Source of the DNA: a virus
Lineage: Duplodnaviria; Heunggongvirae; Uroviricota; Caudoviricetes
Reading direction: 5' to 3' (one strand)
IMG/VR virus record: IMGVR_UViG_2939127364_000002
DNA: 42,479 nt
Both the position numbers and the translations under genes were made by a program. Shown piece after piece: positions 7,559 to 16,008 of this stretch. Below the pieces are notes generated by a model. The model did no database searches, had not been told where the DNA came from, and worked only from the letters and a program-made list of their open reading frames with translations. Each line of letters begins with the position of its first letter. The stretch's first letter is position 1.

Positions 7559-7855
7559 ATGACACAAGCAAGTTACAGCAAGCCAACACAGCGAGAAATT
7601 GATCGCGCTGAAACTGATTTACTCATCAACCTGTCAACGCTTACCCAGCGCGGTCTGGCAAAGATGATTGGCTGTCATGAATCGAAGATAAGCAGAACGG
7701 ACTGGAGATTTATTGCTTCGGTCTTGTGTGCTTTCGGAATGGCATCAGACATCAGTCCGATTAGCAGGGCTTTTAAGTATGCGCTTGATGAAATCACAAA
7801 GAAAAAATCCCCGGCCGCCACCGAGGATTTTAAGCAAATTGATATGCAATTCTGA
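7559..7855 (+). CDS. cII: CII-like transcriptional activator
   Basis: HTH ...LTQRGLAKMIGCHESKISR...; C-terminus KKKSPAATEDFKQIDMQF parallels lambda CII KKRPAATERSEQIQMEF. Confidence 0.8.
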   Translation: MTQASYSKPTQREIDRAETDLLINLSTLTQRGLAKMIGCHESKISRTDWRFIASVLCAFGMASDISPISRAFKYALDEITKKKSPAATEDFKQIDMQF

Positions 7856-7887
7856 GGGAATTACTGGATCAATCCACAGGAGTAATT

Positions 7888-8049
7888 ATGACAAAACGTC
7901 GTAAGAAATACCAGGAAAAAGAAGAGATTCGACACCCTGATTCACCTGAGGGATTAGTGGTAGCCGCAGCAAATAACAGGGCGTTCGCAGAGCGCCTTGT
8001 TGGTGTTTACAGACTAGCCAAAGCAGGAGTGAAACATGGGCGTCGTTAA
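7888..8049 (+). CDS. Hypothetical small basic protein (53 aa)
   Basis: MTKRRKKYQEKEEIRHPDSPEGLVVAAANN... with AGGAG 6 nt upstream; not in the track. Confidence 0.3.
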   Translation: MTKRRKKYQEKEEIRHPDSPEGLVVAAANNRAFAERLVGVYRLAKAGVKHGRR

Positions 8050-8098
8050 ATTAGCTGATTACAGGCATAACCCTGTACAACATCAGGAGGCATCCAGT

Positions 8099-8926
8099 AT
8101 GGGGTATGTCTCTATACACCGCCAGTTTATGGACAGCAGGCTCTATAAGGACTCTCAGGCAGTACATCTTTGGCTTCACTTAATCCTCAAGGCTAATCAC
8201 GAATCTACTGTCGTCAATACGGATATCGGTCCGATAACTGTTGATCGCGGTCAGATGATAACTGGACGCCCGTCGCTGGTCAGAGAAACATTCATCCCCG
8301 ACAACAAAGTTCGGAGCTTATTACGGACTTTTGAGTCGAAAGGTATGCTTAATATTTGCTCGATGGGGAAGAAATTTAGCCTGTTTACAATCGTTAAATA
8401 TGACGATTTTCAGGCAAAAAATTGTCCAACGGTTGTCCAACGGTTGTCCAACGCAAACACCAGTAATGGCGCGGCTCTCAGCGGAGATTGTCCAACGGTT
8501 GTCCAACGGTTGTCCATAAACAATAATATAAATAATATCTCTAATACTGACGTATTAGAGAGTGCCACAGCAGACAAAAAGTCTGACAAGAAAAAACCTT
8601 CCGTTAGCTGTCAGGATGTTGTCGATGCTTACCACGAAATCCTTCCTGAAGCGCCAAGAATCCGCGCACTGAATGACAAGCGTAAAAACCAGATCCGAAC
8701 GTTCTGGCGCAAAGCCGGAGTGATAACCCGCCAGCTTGACGGGCATGGGTTCACGATGCAGGACTGGAGAAATTATTTGAGCTACGTTGGCGAAAATTGC
8801 CGATGGATGTTCGAAGAGCGCCCAAACCATCAACGCGGAACCGTCTGGCACAAAAAGGGATTTGATTTCCTGCTTAACGATAATACCTACCTGAAAGTTC
8901 GTGAGGGTGAACACGATGACCGATAA
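8099..8926 (+). CDS. Replication initiator, O-like
   Basis: Start placed at ATG 8099 (MGYVSIHRQF...) with AGGAGG RBS instead of track start 8036; ori-like iterons lie inside the gene; followed by the helicase gene. Confidence 0.7.
   Translation: MGYVSIHRQFMDSRLYKDSQAVHLWLHLILKANHESTVVNTDIGPITVDRGQMITGRPSLVRETFIPDNKVRSLLRTFESKGMLNICSMGKKFSLFTIVKYDDFQAKNCPTVVQRLSNANTSNGAALSGDCPTVVQRLSINNNINNISNTDVLESATADKKSDKKKPSVSCQDVVDAYHEILPEAPRIRALNDKRKNQIRTFWRKAGVITRQLDGHGFTMQDWRNYLSYVGENCRWMFEERPNHQRGTVWHKKGFDFLLNDNTYLKVREGEHDDR
8422..8517. repeat. Replication origin iterons: two clusters of three tandem 11-bp repeats (TTGTCCAACGG)
   Basis: Copies at 8422..8454 and 8488..8517 (last copy partial), then AT-rich stretch 8515..8560; all inside the O-like gene. 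Confidence 0.7.
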
Positions 8927-10352
8927 TTTTTATGCGCCGCCCCATAGCATCGAGGCAGAGCAGGCGGTGATTGGTGGATTGCTTCTGGATGATGACAGCA
9001 GTGAGCGCGTCCAGAAAGTTCTGGCGATGCTGAAGCCCGATTCATTTTACAGCCGACCACACAAAATCCTTTTCGAAGAAATAACCAGAATGCACCGTGA
9101 GCAAAAGCCAGTAGATGGCCTGACGCTTTTCGATGAACTGGAGCGTAAATCGTTAACGGTGTCTGTTGGCGGTTTTGCTTATATCGCTGAGATCGCAAAG
9201 AACACGCCAAGCGCAGCAAACATCGTTGCCTATGCAATGCAGGTTCGTGAAACCGCAATGGAACGCTACGCCATCAACCGCATGACTGAAGCGACGGAAT
9301 TGCTCTATTCCCGCAACGGAATGACTGCAACGCAGAAGTACGAAGCTATTCAGTCGATTTTCACGCAACTGACAGACCATGCAAAAACCGGATCGCGTCG
9401 CGGCCTTCGCTCATTTGGTGAGGTCATGGAAGACTGGGTTAGCGACCTTGAGAAGCGATTTGACCCGTCAGGCGAACAACGAGGAATGAGCACAGGGATC
9501 CCATCGCTGGACAGGATGCTGTCACCGAAAGGCCTGGTGAAAGGCTCTCTGTTTGTCATTGGCGCTCGCCCTAAGATGGGGAAAACGACGCTATACAGCC
9601 AGATGGCAATCAACTGCGCAGTGCATGAGAAAAAGCCCGCTCTGATGTTCAGCCTTGAAATGCCCGGTGACCAGATACTGGAAAAACTGGTAGGACAGAA
9701 GTCAGGTGTTAACCCGAATATTTTTTACCTTCCGGCGACAAATGACGCTGATGACGGCTATCAGGGTGATTACGATGGTGACTTCAACAGGGCGATCGAA
9801 ACAGCCAATCGCTTGAGTGAAATCGACCTGCTTTACATCGACGACACGCCGGGATTATCTCTGGCTCAAATCGTCAGCGAAAGCCGTCGAATCAAGCGAG
9901 AAAAAGGATGTGTTGGCATGATTCTGGTCGATTACCTGACACTAATGACCGCTGAGAAGGCCGATCGCAACGACCTTGCTTACGGCATGATCACCAAAGG
10001 ACTGAAGAACCTTGCCAAAGAGCTTGATTGCGTTGTTGTGCTTCTGACACAGCTTAACCGCGCACTGGAAAGCCGAACCAATAAACGCCCATTACCAAGT
10101 GACTCACGAGATACAGGGCAGATTGAACAGGATTGCGATTATTGGGTGGGGATCCATCGTGAAGGCGCTTTTGATGACAGTGTTCCACCTGGTGAAACCG
10201 AACTAATCCTTCGTCTCAATCGTCATGGCAATACCGGCACGGTGTATTGCATTCAGGCAAATGGCGCTATTTATGACACAGACCAACAGTCTGCTGAAAT
10301 GCGCCGACGTGAACGCGAGGAACCGCAGTCCAAGAAGAAAGGAGGATTCTGA
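8916..10352 (+). CDS. DnaB-type replicative DNA helicase
   Basis: N-terminus ...FYAPPHSIEAEQAVIGGLLLD...; Walker A GARPKMGKTT; start at ATG 8916 (GAGGGTG RBS) overlapping the O-like gene end. Confidence 0.9.
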   Translation: MTDNFYAPPHSIEAEQAVIGGLLLDDDSSERVQKVLAMLKPDSFYSRPHKILFEEITRMHREQKPVDGLTLFDELERKSLTVSVGGFAYIAEIAKNTPSAANIVAYAMQVRETAMERYAINRMTEATELLYSRNGMTATQKYEAIQSIFTQLTDHAKTGSRRGLRSFGEVMEDWVSDLEKRFDPSGEQRGMSTGIPSLDRMLSPKGLVKGSLFVIGARPKMGKTTLYSQMAINCAVHEKKPALMFSLEMPGDQILEKLVGQKSGVNPNIFYLPATNDADDGYQGDYDGDFNRAIETANRLSEIDLLYIDDTPGLSLAQIVSESRRIKREKGCVGMILVDYLTLMTAEKADRNDLAYGMITKGLKNLAKELDCVVVLLTQLNRALESRTNKRPLPSDSRDTGQIEQDCDYWVGIHREGAFDDSVPPGETELILRLNRHGNTGTVYCIQANGAIYDTDQQSAEMRRREREEPQSKKKGGF

Positions 10353-10455
10353 TGACCATCTACATCACTGAGCTGATAACAGGGTTATCGTTACTAATGG
10401 TTCTTACTGTATATATTATTAAGTATATTCTTTATGCGAATAAAAAAACTAATTG
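10351..10455 (+). CDS. Possible 34-aa hydrophobic peptide
   Basis: MTIYITELITGLSLLMVLTVYIIKYILYANKKTN; AAAGGAGGA 6 nt upstream; ATG overlaps the helicase stop (TGATGA); speculative. Confidence 0.3.
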
Positions 10456-11045
10456 ATCACGATGAGCTTCTGTCAACATTATCATATGACTCAGAAACAG
10501 GAATATTTAAATGGCTAAAAACAAATTCAGTAGTAAGAGTAAAAGGTAGTATTGCTGGAGGTGTTAGTGGTGGTTATATATGCATTAGCATAAATAATGT
10601 TTTGTATTATGCGCATAGACTTGCTTGGTTCTATGTATACAAAAAATGGCCTCCTAAGTTTATTGATCATGTAAATGGGAACAGACTTGACAATAGGATT
10701 TCAAATCTAAGACTGGCAACAGAAGAGCAGAATGCAAGAAACATTGTAGGGAATAGATTAAACACATCCGGTGCAATTGGAGTGTCTTGGTATAAGCCAA
10801 CTGGCAGGTGGAAGTCTTATGTTGGTTATAAAAATAAGACAATATCGTTAGGGTATTTCGACAGCAAAGAAGATGCAGCATTCATAGCAGCACTAGCAAG
10901 AAAGAAACTATATGGAACTTATGCGAGTAAAGCACTTAATTGCGAGCATGAGCTTTTATCTCAATTTAATAATGATGAGGATAAACTTGCGGAATATCTT
11001 AAGGAAAAATCTAAAAGGACTCGAAAGCGTGTTAAAAACAGATAA
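10434..11045 (+). CDS. HNH endonuclease with AP2 DNA-binding domain (homing-endonuclease-like)
   Basis: ...YAHRLAWFYVYKKWPPKFIDHVNGNRLDNRISNLRLATEEQNARN... (HNH) and ...GVSWYKPTGRWKSYVGYKNKTISLGYF... (AP2-like); gene is visibly AT-rich. Confidence 0.75.
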   Translation: MRIKKLIDHDELLSTLSYDSETGIFKWLKTNSVVRVKGSIAGGVSGGYICISINNVLYYAHRLAWFYVYKKWPPKFIDHVNGNRLDNRISNLRLATEEQNARNIVGNRLNTSGAIGVSWYKPTGRWKSYVGYKNKTISLGYFDSKEDAAFIAALARKKLYGTYASKALNCEHELLSQFNNDEDKLAEYLKEKSKRTRKRVKNR

Positions 11046-11076
11046 AGGCCTGCTGGTAATCGCAGGCCTTTTTATT
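11046..11076 (+). terminator. Rho-independent terminator after the HNH-AP2 gene
   Basis: Stem aggcctgc/gcaggcct with 8-nt loop followed by TTTTTATTT. Confidence 0.6.
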
Positions 11077-11105
11077 TGGGGGAGAGTAATTGGAGGCTTT
11101 AAGAA

Positions 11106-11333
11106 ATGAGTTCGATGACTGAGCTTGTCTGCGCCGACTTTCAGGAGAACATTGGTCGTGCAAAGCGGTACTGGTCTGCTTCCAGACTTCCGACTGGCGA
11201 GAGACAGAAAAACGCCCCTAAGCCACGGATCTATCCGCGCGACCGCGTTCTTCGCCGGTTGGTTAAAATCGATACTGATTTTCAGTGTGACAGAATTATC
11301 CAGCAATTAGATTTGATGACTGATGATGAATGA
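11106..11333 (+). CDS. Hypothetical nin-region protein (75 aa)
   Basis: Track ORF with GGAGG-type RBS; no family recognised. Confidence 0.5.
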   Translation: MSSMTELVCADFQENIGRAKRYWSASRLPTGERQKNAPKPRIYPRDRVLRRLVKIDTDFQCDRIIQQLDLMTDDE

Positions 11334-11748
11334 TTTCATTCTGCACGAAACCAATAAATCACAATTCTGGTTAGTTCTGAAACAAATCCTCTCTACCGGC
11401 AAACGCTGGCGAATCAAAATATCTGAGTACCGTGAGAAGCGTACATTGTCACAAAACAATCTGCTGTGGATGTGGAATGCAGAAATAGCCGCACAGTTAT
11501 CTGCTGCTTCTGCTGAAAACTTCACGCCTGAAGAGGTTCATGAGTGGCTGAAAGATATATTTTGTCCGGCTAAAAGGGTGACGATTTTTAATATTACACG
11601 ATGCGTTAAATCAACACGTCAGCTTGATATTGGAGATATGCACAAATATCTGACCGATATTGACCAGTGGGCGCATCAGAAGGGATTACGACTAACCATT
11701 CCTGATAATTGCGAGTACCGGGATCTAAAGGAGAGGCAAGTAGAGTGA
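11323..11748 (+). CDS. ninB: NinB-like recombination protein
   Basis: ...RTLSQNNLLWMWNAEIA... parallels lambda NinB ...RSLDQNRKLWACLGDVS...; position at the start of the nin region. Confidence 0.75.
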   Translation: MMNDFILHETNKSQFWLVLKQILSTGKRWRIKISEYREKRTLSQNNLLWMWNAEIAAQLSAASAENFTPEEVHEWLKDIFCPAKRVTIFNITRCVKSTRQLDIGDMHKYLTDIDQWAHQKGLRLTIPDNCEYRDLKERQVE

Positions 11749-12272
11749 CTATCAAATCAAATACGCCAGCACACGACAAGGACTGCTGGCAAACGCCGCT
11801 CTGGCTTTTTGATGCACTGGATATTGAGTTTGGATTCTGGCTGGATTCGGCAGCGAGCGACAAAAATGCTCTGTGTGCTCACTGGCTAACTGAGGCCGAC
11901 GACGCGCTCAATTCTGAGTGGGTAAGCCACGGTGCAATCTGGAATAACCCGCCGTACAGCAATATCAGGCCGTGGGTGGAAAAAGCCGCTGAGCAGTGCA
12001 TACAACAGCGACAGACGGTAGTTATGCTTGTGCCAGAGGATATGTCAGTCGGATGGTTCAGCAAGGCTCTGGAGAGTGTTGACGAAGTTCGCATCATCAC
12101 TGATGGACGGATTAATTTTATCGAACCATCGACAGGGCTGGAGAAGAAGGGAAACAGCAAAGGCTCCATGCTGCTGATTTGGCGACCGTTCATCAGTCCT
12201 CGACGGATGTTTACTACCGTATCCAAAGCGGCATTGATGGCGATCGGGCAGGGCGTCAGGAGGGCGGCATGA
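11745..12272 (+). CDS. Phage Dam-like DNA N6-adenine methyltransferase
   Basis: NPPY catalytic motif (...[12 protein letters not shown]...); start placed at GTG 11745 (AAGGAG RBS) overlapping the ninB stop. Confidence 0.8.
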   Translation: MTIKSNTPAHDKDCWQTPLWLFDALDIEFGFWLDSAASDKNALCAHWLTEADDALNSEWVSHGAIWNNPPYSNIRPWVEKAAEQCIQQRQTVVMLVPEDMSVGWFSKALESVDEVRIITDGRINFIEPSTGLEKKGNSKGSMLLIWRPFISPRRMFTTVSKAALMAIGQGVRRAA

Positions 12273-12451
12273 GGCGACAGCGACGAAGTATCACCGACAT
12301 CATCTGCGAAAACTGCAAATACCTTCCAACGAAACGCTCCAGAAATAAACGCAAGCCAATCCCAAAAGAATCTGACGTAAAAACCTTCAATTACACGGCT
12401 CACCTGTGGGATATCCGGTGGCTAAGAGAACGTGCGAGGAAAACAAGGTGA
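12269..12451 (+). CDS. Hypothetical small basic protein (60 aa)
   Basis: [30 protein letters not shown]...; AGGAGGG RBS; ATGA overlap with the methyltransferase stop. Confidence 0.4.
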   Translation: MRRQRRSITDIICENCKYLPTKRSRNKRKPIPKESDVKTFNYTAHLWDIRWLRERARKTR

Positions 12452-12618
12452 TTGACCCAAATCGAAGTTACGAACAAGAAAGCGTCGAGCGGGCTTTAAC
12501 TTGCGCTAACTGCGGTCAGAAGCTGCATATGCTGGAAGTTCACGTGTGCTCCGATTGCTGCGCAGAGCTGATGAGCGATCCGAATAGCTCAATGTACGAG
12601 GAAGAAGACGATGAATGA
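12448..12618 (+). CDS. Hypothetical Cys-rich (zinc-ribbon-like) protein (56 aa)
   Basis: ...[20 protein letters not shown]...; GTG start overlapping the previous stop; acidic C-terminus. Confidence 0.4.
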   Translation: MIDPNRSYEQESVERALTCANCGQKLHMLEVHVCSDCCAELMSDPNSSMYEEEDDE

Positions 12619-13336
12619 GTTAATAAATGGCAACGCCATCAAAATGACAAGCATTGAAATCGCTGAGTTGGTAGAAAGCCGCCATAGCAATGTAAAAGTA
12701 TCCATAGATAGATTGGTGAAACGTGGCGTTATCAAGCCTCCTGCATTGCAGCACACTAACATAATCAATGATTTAGGTGTTATTACCGGGAAGCGTTATT
12801 TCTACGTCTTCGAGGGCGAACAAGGAAAGCGAGACAGCATTATTGTCGTCGCCCAATTGTCGCCAGAGTTCACCGCTCGCCTTGTTGACCGCTGGCGAGA
12901 GCTTGAAGAAACTGCGGTTAATATCCCCAAAACGCTACCAGAAGCGTTGCGCCTTGCTGCTGATCTTGCTGAGCAGAAAATGCAACTGGAAAACCAGCTC
13001 GCAATTGCCGCACCTAAAGTTGAGTTTGCCGATCGCGTTGGCGAGGCCAGCGGAATTTTGATTGGAAACTTTGCAAAGGTTGTTGGAATTGGTCCAAACA
13101 AACTGTTTGCGTGGATGCGCGATCACAAAATCCTTATTGCTTCAGGTTCCCGGCGCAATGTGCCAATGCAGGAATATATGGATCGCGGCTATTTCACAGT
13201 GAAAGAAACAGCGGTCAGTACAAATCACGGAATACAGATATCGTTCACTACAAAAATCACCGGACGTGGCCAACAGTGGCTGACCAGAAAGCTGCTCGAT
13301 AACGGAATGCTGAAAGTAACAGGGGAGGCTGCTTAA
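12611..13336 (+). CDS. Rha-family regulator with C-terminal KilAC antirepressor domain
   Basis: N-terminus ...MTSIEIAELVESRHSNVKVSIDRLVKRG... (Rha-like); C-terminal ...GNFAKVVGIGPNKLFAWMRDHKIL... (KilAC-like). Confidence 0.7.
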   Translation: MNELINGNAIKMTSIEIAELVESRHSNVKVSIDRLVKRGVIKPPALQHTNIINDLGVITGKRYFYVFEGEQGKRDSIIVVAQLSPEFTARLVDRWRELEETAVNIPKTLPEALRLAADLAEQKMQLENQLAIAAPKVEFADRVGEASGILIGNFAKVVGIGPNKLFAWMRDHKILIASGSRRNVPMQEYMDRGYFTVKETAVSTNHGIQISFTTKITGRGQQWLTRKLLDNGMLKVTGEAA

Positions 13337-13626
13337 TGGCTAACCTACGCAAAGAAGCGCGCGGAAGAGAATGCCAGGTACGTATTTACGGCGTATGCAA
13401 TGGCAACCCTGAAACTACAGTTCTGGCACATTACCGGATGGCTGGAATTTGCGGAACGGGGATGAAGCCTGACGACCTGATCGGCGCATGGGCTTGTAGC
13501 GCGTGTCACGATGAAATCGACCGACGCACCCATAACCTCGACAACAAAGACGCCAGACTTTACCACCTCGAAGGCGTGATCAGGACGCAGGCGATACTGC
13601 TGAAGGAGGGGAAGATTAAGTCATGA
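13336..13626 (+). CDS. YbcO-like DUF1364 protein (putative nuclease)
   Basis: MANLRKEARGRECQVRIYGVCNGNPETTVLAH...ACSACHDEIDRR resembles E. coli prophage YbcO. Confidence 0.7.
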   Translation: MANLRKEARGRECQVRIYGVCNGNPETTVLAHYRMAGICGTGMKPDDLIGAWACSACHDEIDRRTHNLDNKDARLYHLEGVIRTQAILLKEGKIKS

Positions 13627-13985
13627 ACGAATATCAGTTTGTGCTTCCTTACCCGCCGTCGGTGAATACCTACTGGCGAAGACGGGGAAGCAAATACTAC
13701 ATCAGCGATAAAGGCCAGAAATACCGAAAAGACGTTCAGCAAATCATCCGCCGACTCAAGTTAGACATTTTCACCAAATCACGACTCCGCATCAAAGTCA
13801 TCGCAGACGTTCCAGACTCCCGCCGCCGCGACCTCGATAACATCCTGAAAGGTTTACTCGATTCCCTTATCCACGCCGGATTTGCGGAAGACGACGAGCA
13901 ATTCGATGACATTCGCGTAATTCGTGGTGTGAAAGTACCAGGCGGACGGCTTGGAATAAAAATCACCGAACTGGAGAACGTATGA
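13623..13985 (+). CDS. rusA: RusA Holliday-junction resolvase
   Basis: ...LPYPPSVNTYWRR...PDSRRRDLDNILKGLLDSL... matches RusA; ATGA overlap with the upstream gene. Confidence 0.85.
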   Translation: MNEYQFVLPYPPSVNTYWRRRGSKYYISDKGQKYRKDVQQIIRRLKLDIFTKSRLRIKVIADVPDSRRRDLDNILKGLLDSLIHAGFAEDDEQFDDIRVIRGVKVPGGRLGIKITELENV

Positions 13986-14170
13986 ACGCCACAATTCAAA
14001 CGATACCAGAGCTTCTTATCCAGACACGAGGCAATCAGACCGAAGTGGCGAGGATGCTTTCCTGTGCAAGAGGAACAGTGCTCAAGTACAACCGAGACAG
14101 CAAAGGTGAGCGTCACGTAATAGTTAACGGCGTCCTGATGGTCAAACAGGGCAAGAGGGGAAGACCATGA
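13982..14170 (+). CDS. ninH: NinH-like protein
   Basis: ...GNQTEVARMLSCARGTVLKY... parallels lambda NinH ...GNQTEVARRLKCSRGTVRKY... Confidence 0.7.
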   Translation: MNATIQTIPELLIQTRGNQTEVARMLSCARGTVLKYNRDSKGERHVIVNGVLMVKQGKRGRP

Positions 14171-14790
14171 GACTCGAAAGCGTAGCTAAATTTCATTCGC
14201 CAAAAAGCCCGATGATGAGCGACTCACCACGGGCTACGGCTTCTGACTCTCTTTCCGGTACCGATGTGATGGCTGCTATGGGGATGGCGCAATCACAAGC
14301 AGGATTCGGAATGGCTGCATTCTGCGGTAAGCACGAACTCAGCCAGAACGACAAACAAAAGGCTATCAACTATCTGATGCAATTTGCACACAAGGTGTCG
14401 GGGAAATACCGTGGTGTGGCAAAGCTCGAAGGAAATACTAAGGCAAAGGTACTGCAAGTGCTCGCAACATTCGCTTATGCGGATTATTGCCGTAGTGCCG
14501 CGACGCCGGGTGCAAGATGCAGAGATTGCCACGGTACTGGCCGGGCCGTTGATATTACCAAAACAGAGCAGTGGGGGAGAGTTGTTGAGAAAGAATGCGG
14601 AAGATGCAAAGGTGTCGGCTATTCAAGAATGCCAGCAAGCGCCGCATATCGCGCTGTAACGATGCTAATCCCAAACCTTACCCAACCCACCTGGTCACGC
14701 ACTGTTAAGCCGCTGTATGACGCTCTGGTGGTGCAATGCCACAAGGAAGAGTCAATTGCAGACAACATTTTGAACGCGGTCACACGTTAG
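14167..14790 (+). CDS. Q: Late-gene antiterminator Q
   Basis: Zinc-finger segment CRDCHGTGRAVDI...CGRCKGVGY typical of Q family; last gene before the late promoter region. Confidence 0.8.
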   Translation: MRLESVAKFHSPKSPMMSDSPRATASDSLSGTDVMAAMGMAQSQAGFGMAAFCGKHELSQNDKQKAINYLMQFAHKVSGKYRGVAKLEGNTKAKVLQVLATFAYADYCRSAATPGARCRDCHGTGRAVDITKTEQWGRVVEKECGRCKGVGYSRMPASAAYRAVTMLIPNLTQPTWSRTVKPLYDALVVQCHKEESIADNILNAVTR

Positions 14791-14832
14791 CAGCATGATT
14801 GCCACGGATGGCAACATATTAACGGCATGATA

Positions 14833-14861
14833 TTGACTTTTTGAATAAAGTTGGGTAAATT
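14833..14861 (+). promoter_or_regulatory. Candidate late promoter pR-prime
   Basis: TTGACT (14833..14838), 17-bp spacer, TAAATT (14856..14861), about 40 nt after the Q stop. Confidence 0.4.
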
Positions 14862-14896
14862 TGACGTCAACGATGGATAAATGCACTCGTTAAGTA

Positions 14897-14930
14897 AAGC
14901 CCTGAGTTAATAGCTCAGGGCTTTTTGCGT
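14897..14930 (+). terminator. Rho-independent terminator (tR-prime equivalent)
   Basis: Stem agccctgag/ctcagggct with 7-nt loop followed by TTTTTGCGTTTT. Confidence 0.6.
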
Positions 14931-15224
14931 TTTAAGCGCGGCCTTTCTGAAAGCACATCAAACCAAATACCAGACAGACAAAAATAATCACCTTATCCGC
15001 TGTGGCTACGGTGCGGTGTGCTTTGCATAAAAGAAAACCAGCGCAATGGCTGGCTTCGTGAAAGCGGGTGGCATGAGGTTGCGCTAACAACCTCCTGCCG
15101 TTTTGCCCGTGCATATCGGTCACGAACAAATCTGATTACTAAACACAGTAGCCTGGATTTGTTCTATCAGTAATCGACCTTATTCCTAATTAAATAGAGC
15201 AAATCCCCTTATTGGGGCTAAGAC

Positions 15225-15548
15225 ATGAAGATGCCAGAAAAAAATGACCTGTTAGCCGCCATTCTCGCGGCAAAGGAACAAGGCATCGGGGCAATCCTTG
15301 CGTTTGCAATGGCGTACCTTCGCGGCAGATATAATGGCGGTGCGTTTACAAAAACAGTAATCGACGCAACGATGTGCGCCATTATCGCCTGGTTCATTCG
15401 TGATCTTCTCGACCTCGCCGGACTAAGTAGCAATCTCGCTTATATAACGAGCGTGTTCATCGGCTACATCGGTACTGACTCGATTGGTTCGCTTATCAAA
15501 CGCTTCGCTGCTAAAAAAGCCGGAGTAGAAGATGGTGGAAATCAATAA
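15225..15548 (+). CDS. S: Holin, lambda S type, with dual-start motif
   Basis: [34 protein letters not shown]... nearly identical to lambda S; Met1-Lys2-Met3 start; upstream cccc-ttatt-gggg hairpin as in lambda. Confidence 0.9.
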   Translation: MKMPEKNDLLAAILAAKEQGIGAILAFAMAYLRGRYNGGAFTKTVIDATMCAIIAWFIRDLLDLAGLSSNLAYITSVFIGYIGTDSIGSLIKRFAAKKAGVEDGGNQ

Positions 15549-16008
15549 TCAACGTAAGGCGTTCCTCGATATGCTGGCGTGGTCGGAGGGAACTGATAAC
15601 GGACGTCAGAAAACCAGAAATCATGGTTATGACGTCATTGTTGGCGGAGAGCTATTCACTGATTACTCCGATCACCCTCGCAAACTTGTCACGCTAAACC
15701 CCAAACTCAAATCAACAGCCGCCGGACGCTACCAGCTTCTTTCCCGTTGGTGGGATGCCTACCGCAAGCAGCTTGGCCTGAAAGACTTCTCTCCCAAAAG
15801 CCAGGACGCTGTGGCACTGCAGCAGATTAAAGAGCGTGGCGCTTTGCCGATGATTGATCGCGGTGATATCCGTCAGGCAATCGACCGTTGCAGCAATATT
15901 TGGGCTTCATTGCCCGGTGCTGGCTACGGTCAGTATGAACACAAGATCGATAGTCTGATTGCCAAATTCAAAGAAGCTGGCGGGGTGGTTAATGAAACTT
16001 CGCTATAA
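15532..16008 (+). CDS. R: Endolysin, lambda R-type lytic transglycosylase
   Basis: [39 protein letters not shown]... nearly identical to lambda R. Confidence 0.9.
   Translation: MVEINNQRKAFLDMLAWSEGTDNGRQKTRNHGYDVIVGGELFTDYSDHPRKLVTLNPKLKSTAAGRYQLLSRWWDAYRKQLGLKDFSPKSQDAVALQQIKERGALPMIDRGDIRQAIDRCSNIWASLPGAGYGQYEHKIDSLIAKFKEAGGVVNETSL

Noticed and set aside
7713-7904. 63-aa plus-strand ORF overlapping the cII 3-prime end
   Set aside because: It is an alternative frame of cII with no RBS; the separate 53-aa ORF at 7888..8049 has a proper RBS and is listed instead.
8422-8517. CRISPR array
   Set aside because: The tandem repeats are contiguous 11-bp iterons without unique spacers and sit inside the O-like gene, so they are an origin. 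The 42-bp repeats in stf are in-frame coding repeats.
14932-15129. 65-aa minus-strand ORF, or a tRNA gene, between tR-prime and the holin gene
   Set aside because: No RBS, and it is antisense to the late leader. I looked for a cloverleaf and T-loop motif because lambdoid phages often carry tRNAs here, but found none; the region matches the lambda late leader just before S.
14791-15224. Toxin or virulence cargo downstream of Q
   Set aside because: The Q-to-S interval holds only promoter, terminator and leader sequence; there is no ORF of meaningful size.
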